From positions 62,001-126,000 of the forward strand of contig MCFH01000079.1 in assembly GCA_002104945.1 (NCBI GenBank): 64,000 bases of DNA, written 5' to 3'. This DNA is from Piromyces finnis finn. Its lineage: Eukaryota; Fungi; Neocallimastigomycota. How positions within the stretch are numbered: the first letter of the stretch is position 1; each line of letters starts with the position of its first letter. A program made the translations under genes and the position numbers. This document shows positions 45,184-56,807 of the stretch, piece by piece. A model generated the notes under the pieces. The model searched no databases, was not told the DNA's origin, and saw nothing but the letters and a program-made list of their open reading frames with translations.

Positions 45184-45409
45184 GCTCAGTACCATGAGCT
45201 TAGTCCTAATAATTTTCCCTTAAAGACTAACCAAGCATCCATTGCGCAATGCTTGGATTTAATTCTTTCTACTCTCTCAGTACCATGAGCATGAGTAGAC
45301 CCCCTTGATAAACTCCATTATTAAATAAATGAAGGCACGTTCCTAAGAGGGCACCAAGCATCCATTGCGCAATACTTGGATTTAATTCTTTCTACTCTCT
45401 CAGTACCAT
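45184..45409. repeat. Two ~56-bp direct repeats with internal palindromes (45231-45290, 45354-45409) plus a partial copy (45184-45199)
   Basis: CCAAGCATCCATTGCGCAAT(G/A)CTTGGATTTAATTCTTTCTACTCTCTCAGTACCAT occurs twice with one mismatch, 123 nt apart. Confidence 0.9.
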
Positions 45410-45426
45410 CTAGTTTTTTGAAAGGA

Positions 45427-45472
<46 letters not shown>

Positions 45473-45911
45473 GGCATCAAATATTTTAAACTTTATTATT
45501 AATTTAATTAAAATTATAATACATGTAATATAAAAATTAAAATTAAAATAAAAATAAAAAAAATATGTTTAAATAAACACAAATGAATAAAAATTGGGTA
45601 TAATGTATTCTAGTAATTTTAATTAAAGTAAGAAAGCCACTATCATACTAAAGTATAATAATTGTATTTGACTTCCAATGGGACACCGAGCCAAAGATCA
45701 AAATTTTGTCATGGAACAAAATTATGATCTCCATTGGTTGCGCTGGCCCTCCTGGCCTGTCTTACTGTTTCTTCAGCATTGACGCTCTTGGATGTTGCTT
45801 CAAACCTTTTGAACATTGACCATTGCTGGCCAATAGCAATTTGAAAGGAATATTAGGATTTCTTAAGAATTTACTGACTAAAAAAAGTCCTTTCAAAACC
45901 TTGTTATTATT
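45410..45911 (-). mobile_element. ~90-bp internal LINE fragment interrupted by a 5'-truncated LINE
   Basis: 45410-45430 and 45840-45911 match LINE sequence at ~41335-41415, lacking one GGAATA. Confidence 0.8.
45431..45839 (-). mobile_element. 5'-truncated LINE copy 3 (3' ~410 bp) with poly(A) and 14-bp TSD
   Basis: T-run 45431-45469, sequence nearly identical to 59235-59600, and TTTGAAAGGAATAT at both 45417-45430 and 45840-45853. Confidence 0.93.
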
Positions 45912-46409
45912 TTAAACTTTAAAAATCGTTTTATAATTTGAAAAAAAAAAAAAATGAATTATCCTATGCTCTTTTCCACATTTCTTTAGAGGGGAAAAAA
46001 AAAAAAAAAACTTAACATCATTAAACTTATTTTGATATTTATCAAAATAATAAGTAAATTATACCTATTCACTTTTTATAATTATAAAATTTAAAATTTA
46101 TTTTTTCACTTTTATTTTCTTTTTAGATTTATTTCTATTTTTTGTTAAATATTTTCTTTTTTTTTTTATTTATTACTTTACAATTTTTTATAATTTTTTT
46201 CTTTTTATGTTTTTTATTTTTTTTTCACATTTATATCTATTTTACTTTGTATTCTTTTTTTTTTTTTTATTGTTGTTAATTTTAATTTATATTTTATATA
46301 TATACAGTTTTTTAAAAAAAATTTATTTTTATTTTTATACAATATATAATTTTTTTTTTATTTCTATTATATATATATAAAAGATGTTATATTTTATCTT
46401 TTATTAAAT

Positions 46410-48002
46410 TTACTTTCTACCACACTTTGGAACAACTGGAATAGAACCATCCTTATTATATCTGAATTCAGCGAAACCAACACTTCTGTGGAAGTCACCA
46501 CCACCTGGAAGTTCACCAGTGTGGTAGAAGAGGTAAGAATGACCCTTGAAATCAACAATACCTGGGTGAACAGTGAAAGCACCACCTTCTTCAGTCATAA
46601 GTGGACCACCGTACTTCCATGGACCAGTTGGAGAAGTAGAAGTAGAGTAACCAAGAGATTCAATGTTCTTACCTTGTCTGAAGGCAGCATAGGCCATGTA
46701 ATAAATACCGTTTCTCTTGTAGAAGTATGGACCTTCACCATAAGTTGTACCGGTATCGTGACTACCCTTACCGAAGGCTTCTTCAGTCATCTTAATCTTC
46801 TTAACACCAACAGATTTATTGATAGAAATCATATCTTCGTTCAAAAGAACATATCTAAGTTCTGGGTTACCGAAGTATAAGTAAGCTTGACCATCATCAT
46901 CAATGAAAACAGTTGGGTCAATATCGTTCCAGTCACCTTCATCAACAAGTGGATGACCAATATCCTTAAATGGACCGGTTGGCTTGTCAGAAACACCGAC
47001 AGCAATAGCCATACCACCGTTAGTTTTGTGAACTGGACAGTAAAGGTAGAATTTACCGTTTCTTTCAATAGCTTGTGGAGCCCAAGCTCTGTCATCAGCC
47101 CAGCTAATATCATCTAAAGAGAAAATCTTACCATGGTTAGTCCAGTTAACCATATCCTTAGTGGAGAAAACGTACCAATCAAGCATAGTGTAGAAATTGT
47201 TTTTAAGGTTGTTTTCATCGTGAGTAGTGTAAAGGTAAAGGGTATCACCGTAAACCATTGGAGCTGGATCAGCAGTGTACATATTAGTGATGAGTGGACT
47301 CTTACAAATTAATTGTCTGTCTATTATACAAATAAATTATTATTTATTATTTATAATAAATCAATATTTGTTTATATTTCTTATTTTTAATGATTCTATT
47401 TAAAAAAATAGCTATATCAATATGCATAGAGAAATGTATTATATTTTTCATATTATATAAACTATATATATATTATTAAAATACTATTTAATATTTACTT
47501 TCATCATAGTAATCATCAGCAATACCAGCATCATTACTAGATTTAAAGCAACTGTCCTTGATACCACACCAGTCATTGTTTTCAACACCCCATTTACCAT
47601 CATCGTCTTCGTAAATAGCATCACAACCAGAACAGCATGGATAATCTGGGTATGAGAAACATTGATTCTTTGAATCGTTCTTGTTACAAATAGAAGATTT
47701 GACTTTTTATAAATAAAATAATTAAATTTCCATTTTTTTTTTTAATTTTTGAAAATTTTAAAATTTAACAAATTATTATTAATATCATTTTTTTAAATTC
47801 TATTTAAAATCTATTATTTATTTACATTGGATAAGTAAAAATTTTATTTATTTGAACACTTACTAACACACCAGTCGTTGTTTTCTACACCCCAACTGAC
47901 ACCATCTTCAACAGTAACGACTCTACAATTTTTACAGTCACTGTAGGCATGAACAGCTTCATAGCCAACAAATAATAAAGATAAAATATTGCTGAATTTC
48001 AT
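46410..48002 (-). CDS. Secreted cellulosomal GH43 (arabinoxylan-active type) with two N-terminal fungal dockerins, 3 exons
   Basis: Signal peptide [19 protein letters not shown]. Dockerins [16 protein letters not shown] and [25 protein letters not shown]43 catalytic motifs TADP, DIDP and GEGP. Both introns are phase 1 and join in frame. Confidence 0.93.
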
Positions 48003-50204
48003 TTTTTATATTATTTTATTAAAATTCAATAATTTTAAAATTCAATAATTTTAATAAAAAAAAAAAGGAAAATTTTTTATGCATTTATATAAAGTTTTTT
48101 TTTTAAATATCATTTTTTTTCCTATAATAATTATAATTAATTTTATTTAATATTTAATTTAAGGATAATTACTCACCCCTATTTTTTAATTTAAATAAAT
48201 GACTAATTAATATTTTTTATCACTATTTAATTATTGCGACCTTTTTTTAATTTGTCATCTTTTGGATGATCTTTTGGGTAATAATTTACAATATTTTTAC
48301 TTTTAGGAAAATCTTCACTTTATTTGGAAGTATCTACAATAAATTTAATTTTTGATAAAATGACTAATAAACACTATTTATTAATATTTTATTAATGATG
48401 CTATAAAATTAATTTTGCTAGTATTAATTTAATATATTAAAATTTATAGTTGTAAAATGTAATAATCATAAAAATAATTAAAAATTAATAGATTATTGTT
48501 GAGCAGCCTATCAAATGAAGGGTAATGAATTAAAATTTATTGTTTATTCTTAGTTAATAAACTTTAATTATTATAATTTTATTAATCATGATATGAATTT
48601 GTGTAATAAAATAAATTTTTAATAAATTTTTGTATTTAAATGAATTAATATAAATATAAATATTAAATTTCTTGTTCCTACTTTTTTTTATTGTTCTATA
48701 CAATATGGATGATGGAAAAAAAGACATATATCTTTGTCCCTTTTATTTACTCGATCATGGAGGATCATGGAGGAATGAATTAAATTAATTATGGATTATG
48801 CTTTTATATGATGAGTTGTCTTTTTGAGTTAATTTTTTAAAAAAAGGAATTTATAAAAGTACTAAAAGAAAAAGAAAAGTACTAGGTTCTTTATCAATAA
48901 TACCAATATTAATAATACCAATAGACATTTACCTTATTTAAATATTTAAAATTTCAATTCATTTTTGAAGCCTTCAATTTTTAATAGATTTAAAGTTAAA
49001 TAAGAAAACTTTATAAAATGTAAAGGATATATTTCCCATAATAAAATGTCACCAAAAATAAATTAATTATCTCTTAATTTAAATAATTAAAGAAAAAAGT
49101 ATATTTAATATAAAAATTAATAAAAAAGAAATTAAACTTTAATGATCTAAAGTCAAAATTAAAAAAGGTAAAATTAAATCAAAATAATAATAATTTTCAA
49201 TTAGCAATACTATTGGCGGAGAAAAAATGAAATATTGTAAATGTAATAAAGAGAAAAACAATGTAAAAAATATAAAAAATAAAATAATATTATTCTTTTC
49301 GAAAAAAAAAAAAAAAAAGGCCCTGAAAAGAGGATTATTGCATTTGAACTTTTAACAGACATTTCTTTATTTAATTTTTAATCTAAAATAATCACTTTAA
49401 AAAATAAATAAATTGATAAAAAAGGGAAAAAGGGAAACATGAAAAATGAAAAAATATTTTTATTTTAGATTCAATTGTGTTCCATTTTTTAATTCTGTAT
49501 TTATTTTATTTATAACTACAATACATTTACATATGAACTATTTATAATAAAAAAAATTGAATATAATAGTAAAGGTATTCTTATATATATTATTTTATTA
49601 GTAGTATAGGTAATATAGGTAGTATAGGTAGTAGTAGTTTTAAATATTTTTAAGGATTATAGACTCTTACAAAAGAGGTATTATATAAAGTTAACATGAT
49701 AAAAAGAATATTAAAATAAATGATCGTTTAATATTCTTTTTAATATAAATAAAATAATTATTATATTAATTTTCCAATGTTTCTTTTTTTTATTATTTTT
49801 TTTTTAAAAAAAGAGTAATATTTATATTAAAAAAAGAAAGGAGATAAAATAAATAAAATAATAAATTTTATATATAAAAATGAATAATAAATATTTAATT
49901 TAATTATTCATTCATTCATTAAATAATTACAAAAGCATGAATAAAGGAGAAAGATTTTATAAAGGATTAATTTTTTAAAAAAAAAAAAGTACGTGTTAAG
50001 AGTGTGTGTAGTATATAAAACTATTAATAAAACATCTTTTCAAATAAAAAATAGAAAAAAAAATGTACAGGTAAATAAAGATAAAAAAAAAAAAATCAGA
50101 TATTGGATAGTTTTAAAGATTATTTTTTTTTTTTTCAATTTATATTTCAATGATTGAAATATTTAATTATTTGATTTTGTCGCTGTAGCTATACTAGTGT
50201 CTGT

Positions 50205-50394
50205 TTAACTTAATACTTTATCTAAAGGTAATTTTTTTGGTTCATCTAAAAAAAAAAAAGTAATAATGATTTTAATGTTAATAGTTTGATTTTCGGTTAA
50301 GAAAAAAAGAAGCAAAACTATTTATATTAACCATTACAATAACATTATTATAATGATTAATATATTTATAATAATACCATAGTAATGTCTATGA

Positions 50395-50430
<36 letters not shown>

Positions 50431-51970
50431 CATTAATATTAAAGCAACTAAATTTTTTTATTATTATTTTGCATAATAATACCTGTATGCCATATTGACA
50501 GTTCAATATTACCACTAAGAGTATTAAATGAAATTGGTTGTCGTACCCATCTACGAACTCTTTTTGTTTTATCAAAAGATAATTTATTTCTGGCTGTAAT
50601 TAATAATTCACTTTTCATGGCAGATGCTTGTCCATTTTCTACATTTTTTTTTATAAATAGAATTATCATATTAATATATTTTATTAATAATAATATAATT
50701 TTATATCAACACCTTTTCTCTAAACAATTAAACTGAACTAATATTATATACATTTTTTAAATATAATTCTTACCTTGACTAATATAATTTTGCAAAATAA
50801 AAAAAAGAAATTAGTATTGGTATTGTGGTTATTATTAACATAAAATTCATATTTGGAATTTTAAATATTATAAATAAGTAATAAAAAAAAAGTATTGTTA
50901 ATTGTTTGAATTTTAATCATTGTTTTTTTTTTTTTAAAAAAAAAAAAAAGGGATACTATTTTATCAAATGTTACTTTATTATATGAATAAAAATTAAATA
51001 ATTATTAACTAAAATGGTTGATATAGAAAATTTAATTATTAACATTAGCATATTGAATATACATTGGCTAATAAAGGAAATTCAATTCATATTAACATTA
51101 TCATATTGAATATACATTGGCTAATAAAGGAAATTCAATTCATATTAACATTAGCATATTGAATATACATTGGCTAATAAAGGAAATTCAATTCATATTA
51201 ACATTAGCATATTGAATATACATTGGCTAATAAAGGAAATTCAATTCTTAATTGTTTCTTTTTTCAAAAAAAATATATATATATATATATATTATTATTA
51301 TTTTTGGTCTTGTATGAGATTTAGAAAATGAAATTTTAAAATGCCTTATTTATATATTCTTAAATAAATAAAATTTCTTTATATAATTCATCAAATTTTC
51401 AATAACCATCTTTTTCTTATATTCTTTTTTGTAATTTATATTTTCTTTAAATAAATATTAAATGTAACTTTTTTTTAAAAATTAAAATTTTTTCATCAAA
51501 ATATATATGTATATATGTAATTTTATATTGATAGTTGTTATTTTTATTATATCAATTATGAATTAATTACTTTCTCTTTTTTCTTCTCTTTCTTGGTTTT
51601 ATTTCACCTTCTGCCGTTGATTTATCATTATTTGTTGTTAATTCCTTTTTTTCTTCATTATTATCTTGTGTTGATTCTTCTTTATCTTCCGTTTTAACTT
51701 GGTTCTTTTATTTTCAATATCATATCCATATTCATATAGGATATATAATATATAATATACAGTTTATATCAAAATTTTAATTAAAAATTATAAAACAAAT
51801 TGCAATATTATTAGAATTTTTGTTAAAAAAAATAAAAAAAATTGTTATATATCAAATGAATATATTAAAATTGAATATATAAAGTCATAACTTTAAAAGT
51901 TATACTAATTAAACTTTACTTTTTTTTCATCGGTTGTTGTCATTATATTTTCTTCATGTTCTGACGTCAT
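50205..51970 (-). CDS. Small (~115 aa) hypothetical protein, 4 exons
   Basis: Four exons join in phase through GT-AG introns: acidic N-terminus, then ARNKLSFDKTKRVRRWVRQPISFNTLSGNIELSIWHT-DEPKKLPLDKVLS*. Confidence 0.7.
51038..51247. repeat. 53-bp minisatellite, 4 tandem copies, intronic
   Basis: ATTAACATTAGCATATTGAATATACATTGGCTAATAAAGGAAATTCAATTCAT starts at 51038, 51091, 51144 and 51197, with one internal substitution. Confidence 0.97.
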
Positions 51971-53588
51971 TTGTCTTATGTATTGGTGAGCTTAAATTAA
52001 TTATATTTGTTATTTGTATTATATCTATAGAAAATAAGAAATTTAGAAATGAGTTTGACAAACAGTTGTATATACTTGTATAGAAATTTTGTTACTTTTA
52101 ATGTTTTAATATATACCTATTGAAACTGTTTTATATATATTTTCTTCATATATATATAAATATATTTTATTCTATTATTATATAATAATAGAAAGGAATA
52201 AGTTAGACTTTTTATATACATTATTAATTATTTTTTTTTTCTATTCTTAACCTTTTTTTTTTATTTATTTATTTTTATTAAAAAAAAAAAAAAATAAAAA
52301 ATAAAAAATATTTATTTTTAAAGTTATTTATATTCTAATTTTTTTATTTTATTTTTTTCTTAATATTTTTAGTTTTTTCCATTATTATTATTATTATTAT
52401 TATTAAAAAGTTTTGGTTTTATTTTTAAAAGAGTAGTTGGAAAACTAAAAATTTATTAATAAAAATTTATTAATAAAATGTAAATGAATGAAAATATAAT
52501 AATATTAATAAATAATTATTTAAATTAAATGAATTAATAAATTAATCATCTTTAGATGACAGCCTATTTCAAAAAGTGGAATGGGAAGAAAGAAGAAGGA
52601 GGAAAGATAAAAAAAAATAATAGTAGTAATAGTAATCGTAGTAATAATAATAATAATAATAACGATAACAAACAACACTATCTTACTTAATAATAAGAAT
52701 ATAAAAAAGGTTTTATAATTATAGATTTTAGATTTTTAAACAATAGATTGTCCTTCACTTCACTAAATTAACAGTAAAATAAAAATCTTTACAATTTTAA
52801 AATCAATTCACTCTACCTATTTAAAAAGTAAAATAAATTTAGATTTTTTTTTTTTATTCATTTACACCTTTTTTGTCTATATTAAAGTTTTTTTTTTTTT
52901 TGTTTTTTTTTTTAATTCAATGAAAAACTTTTGTAATTAATATGAAAATTTATAATAAAGAAAGACAAGATCATAAACAACAATAAACAATTAATAAGAG
53001 GATATTGATAAAGCAAGAAGAAGATATCACTTGATAATCTTAGAATTCCTGATAGGACAATGATAATAATGATGATGCTGATAATTGATAAAAGAAAAAA
53101 ATTATTATTTTCGTAATAGACTCTTTTTTTTTTTTTCTAATCTTTTTTATAACATATTTTTTTTATTTTTCTTTTAATAATGAGATAAATGAATTATATA
53201 AAATTATATATTTGAAAGAAATATAATAATGTCAAAACTTAAAACTATTATTTTCTTTATAACGTTTTTATAAAAAGAAATAAAAAAAAAATTAAAAAAA
53301 AGTTGTAAGTAAAATGGAATAAAACTATAAAATGAATAATGATAATTATAATAATAAAATAATATTAATTATGCTAGTATTTTTCCCCATTATTTACTCT
53401 CTTTTTTTTTGGTTTTGATTTTTCCATAATAATACCTAAAAATATAAGGATCAATACAGATCTTATATATATGATTCTATGATTCAAAGATGGTTTTTTT
53501 TTTTTTAAGATAATTTACAATATTTTATGTATTATATATATTCATATTATTTTTCGTGGTAGCTATTGTTGTTGTTGTTTCTCCCTAT

Positions 53589-54641
53589 TTAATTAGTGGT
53601 TTCGGTAATGTTGGTATTTTCAACATTGGTATTGTTTTCACCATAAGTAGTATTGTTGTTGTAATTGTTGTGATATCCACCACGACCACCACGGAAGTTG
53701 CCACGTCCACCAAAGTAGCCATTACCATTGCCACGGAAGCTACCGCGTCCACCACGGAACCCATCACTATTACCACGGAAACCATTGCTATTGCCACGGA
53801 AGTTACCACGTCCACCAAAGTAACCATTACCACGGAAATTACCACGTCCACCATGGAATCCATCACTATTACCACGGAAACCATTGCTATTGCCACGGAA
53901 ACCATTGCTATTGCCACGGAAGTTACCACGACCACCACGGAAACCATTACTGTTACCACGGAAGCCATTGTTGCTGCCACGATAGCTATTGCCATGGAAA
54001 TTACCACCACGGTAATTATTACTATTATAGTTACCATTGTCATTGTTATCATTACCGTAATAATTATTATTATACTTATTGTATCTGTTATTATTGTATC
54101 TGTTGTTGTATTTAGTGTTTGGATATTTACCACTAATAATATCACCAAGGTAGTGTGGACCATCTTCATTTAAAATAGTTTCAACAGAAAAATCATCATC
54201 CCATCTTTCTAACATTTTTTGAATCTTTTCTTCTGGAACACCATGAACTGTCTTTTGGGTTAATTCTTGAATATTTCTACTTTTCCACCATGGAGTATCT
54301 GGTTCACGAACTTGAACTTCATAACCATATTGAACAGCTATTTCAATATAAACTTTAGCATCTCTACGTTTAACATTAGTATTATCAATAATGACTGGAG
54401 TGACTCCCTTTTCACAATTTTCCTTACAAAGATTTTGATTGAATCTGTGAGCTTCAAGAATTCTAGTAACATCGTATTTGTAAACACCATCTTCCATAAA
54501 GAAATCATCAGTAGAAAGAATAATACCTTGACTATTACTACTTTCAAGAAGAGATTTAGCTAAAGTAGATTTACCAGAACCTGGTAAACCTCTTAAAATA
54601 TATATAATTTTTTTGTTTTCACTAGCACCTTCAGTAGCCAT
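53589..54641 (-). CDS. N4BP2/N4BP2L-like P-loop kinase (AAA_33) with C-terminal RGG/FRGN repeat tail, intronless
   Basis: ILRGLPGSGKSTLAK, ILSTDDFF, EAHRFNQ, PVIIDNTN, REPDTPW and HGVPEEKIQKMLERWD, followed by about 110 aa of RGGRGNFRGN repeats. Confidence 0.88.
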   Translation of the reverse strand: MATEGASENKKIIYILRGLPGSGKSTLAKSLLESSNSQGIILSTDDFFMEDGVYKYDVTRILEAHRFNQNLCKENCEKGVTPVIIDNTNVKRRDAKVYIEIAVQYGYEVQVREPDTPWWKSRNIQELTQKTVHGVPEEKIQKMLERWDDDFSVETILNEDGPHYLGDIISGKYPNTKYNNRYNNNRYNKYNNNYYGNDNNDNGNYNSNNYRGGNFHGNSYRGSNNGFRGNSNGFRGGRGNFRGNSNGFRGNSNGFRGNSDGFHGGRGNFRGNGYFGGRGNFRGNSNGFRGNSDGFRGGRGSFRGNGNGYFGGRGNFRGGRGGYHNNYNNNTTYGENNTNVENTNITETTN

Positions 54642-56189
54642 TTTTAAATTATGAATATTTCAAATAATACTATTTTATTAAAAAAAAAATAATAGTAATA
54701 AAAAAATAAAATAATAAAATATAGATATTATATAGATATAAAATAAAGATAAAAAATAAAGTTATTATTATTTATAGAAATTTGATTTAGATATATAAAA
54801 TCTTTAAAGATTTTAAAAATTATTTATTTATTTTTTTTTTTAAATATTGATAATATTGATAAAATGGTGTGCTTTGAAAATCTAATCATGAAAATTATTC
54901 AAATATTACATATTTATTCTTTTTTTTTTTTTTTTTTTTTTTTTTGGTGTCCTTTACAATTTGTTAGCTATACCTGTTTTATTGTTATATTTAAAAAAAA
55001 TAGTAATGTCAATGACATTAACTATTTTGTTAAAAATATATATATATAAATCATAGGTGTCTGTTTTTTTAAAAAAAATAAATCAAAGATCCAAAAAATA
55101 TTAAGCTATATAATTGATTATCCATTGATTTAAATTTTACCAATGTTTTGAGCCTTTATTTCATATAGTATGTATATAATAAACTTTTTTTTTCTCTTTT
55201 ATTATTGTTTTAACCAATTATATAATGTATATTATTATTAAAAACCTTTTTTTCAAATATTATTATTGAATTTAATTTGTCATTATTACTGGTAGAATTT
55301 AAATTAAACTATAATTTAAAGTTGTTATTTTTTCTTTTCAAATGTTCTTATTTTTAAATAACAACGATCTTTATACACTAAATAAAAAATAAAATAAAAA
55401 AAAAAAAAAAAAAAGCATAGTATATATACCTCTTAATTTATAATTCTATTAATGTTTAACCAACAAGTTAAACTACTAATATTACTAATAAAAATATAAT
55501 AAAATTTTATAAAAAAAGAAAAAAAAAAATAGATAAAAAAAAATTATTTTTTTTATATATTATTACACTATTCATTCATTTTTATTAATAATATTAATCT
55601 TATTTATAAAAAAAATTAATTTGAATATTTTTAATGAACTTTGAAATATAAATTAATTTAATTATAAAGCCATAAAAATGGTAATTTTTATAAATTATAT
55701 TTTGTTCATTTAATAATAAAAAATAATCATTAGCCATATTTTAAAATTAATCTTTACTTTTTATACTTTAAAAACCAAGTCATTAAATATGCATTATCAA
55801 ATGCCTTTCCAAACTATTTAATCCATATTCTTATGATAAATGTCACCTAAATAAATTACACTTTACAATGTTATGGCTTCCACTTACAATAAAGTAGTAA
55901 TATGCAGTTTTAAGACTACAAAAGAATTAGAATTGTATGTTGAAGAATTAAGAGTTAGAAACAATAATAGTATTAATTTCAGTTAGGGGGTTAATATATA
56001 TAATTTAAAATATTATTATTATAATAAAATTAAAGATGATTGAGAAAGAGATTATGAATTTGACAAATATTTCAAATGTGATATTAATTTTATAATAAAA
56101 CTACACATTTATTATAAAAATAAAGTAGAAATATCAAAAAAGGGATTTTAAGTTATTGTTAATTAAAGAAAAAAGGGCAAAAGTTTAAT

Positions 56190-56769
56190 TCTATCCTTAA
56201 TATATAAAATGAAATATTTGATTATATATGCTATGAAGTCGTTCCAGTTTTTATCCTGGTTGTTAAGGCGTTTCCTTAGCATACATAAGGCTTCTGGTTA
56301 GACCCCGCAGATGTCAGTGCCTGTGGATTTTCCCACTGGGTTTGCCATGGGTTGGGTTATGATATTCAGGTAAGTATAAATGAACTTTCTAATTTACTAC
56401 TATGATAATAACACTCGTCTAGCCGGCCTGAAAGGGTCTAGTGTACATGGTACATTCCAAATTAGAACTTAATAAGTGGTGACTTAGGCTATGCCAAAAA
56501 CACATAATATTCCTTAATCAATTTAAGTGTAAACATTAGGGGGCGGTTGACACGTGATCAAATTGACTATAAGAGGCTTAGCATTGTAGTTGTGAAATAT
56601 CGTACAACGACATGCATCTAATGTACATGGATTAAGTGAGCGTCGAAGCTGAAGAAACAGTATGACAGACCAGGAGGGTCACAACCACCTAGCAATAGGA
56701 ATGAGCCAACGTTTCTCTAAGAACCACCATTGGAGCTAACTCTGATCGATGGGAGAAATGCACTCGGAA

Positions 56770-56807
<38 letters not shown>

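Noticed and set aside
45325-45360. Resemblance to twister ribozyme motifs (TAAATGAAGGCAC..TCCTAAG..GAGGG)
   Set aside because: The P4 and P2 partner strands required for the fold are absent.
45231-45409. CRISPR-like repeat-spacer-repeat reading
   Set aside because: Only two long repeats, eukaryotic context and no cas genes. The 53-bp repeat at 51038 has no spacers at all.
45354-45413. Helitron 3' end (hairpin then CTAG)
   Set aside because: The hairpin is over 30 nt from the CTAG, and the CTAG belongs to the adjoining LINE fragment.
46394-47117. Overlapping alternative-frame and antisense ORFs in GH43 (likewise in the LINEs and at 53556-54563)
   Set aside because: By-products of codon bias and repeats in real genes.
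50765-50782. Possible 5-nt microexon TAG|TCAAG|GTAAG in the small gene
   Set aside because: Including it breaks the frame, whereas direct splicing keeps it.
56359-56374. 16-bp match TGATATTCAGGTAAGT to the minus strand near 45114-45128
   Set aside because: It contains the splice-donor consensus and is expected by chance in AT-rich DNA of this size.
56530-56665. Group I intron core (GACTA...GAAGAAACAGTA) within the retroposed insert
   Set aside because: The P7 pairing has mismatches at both ends, and no P3-P6 core could be identified.
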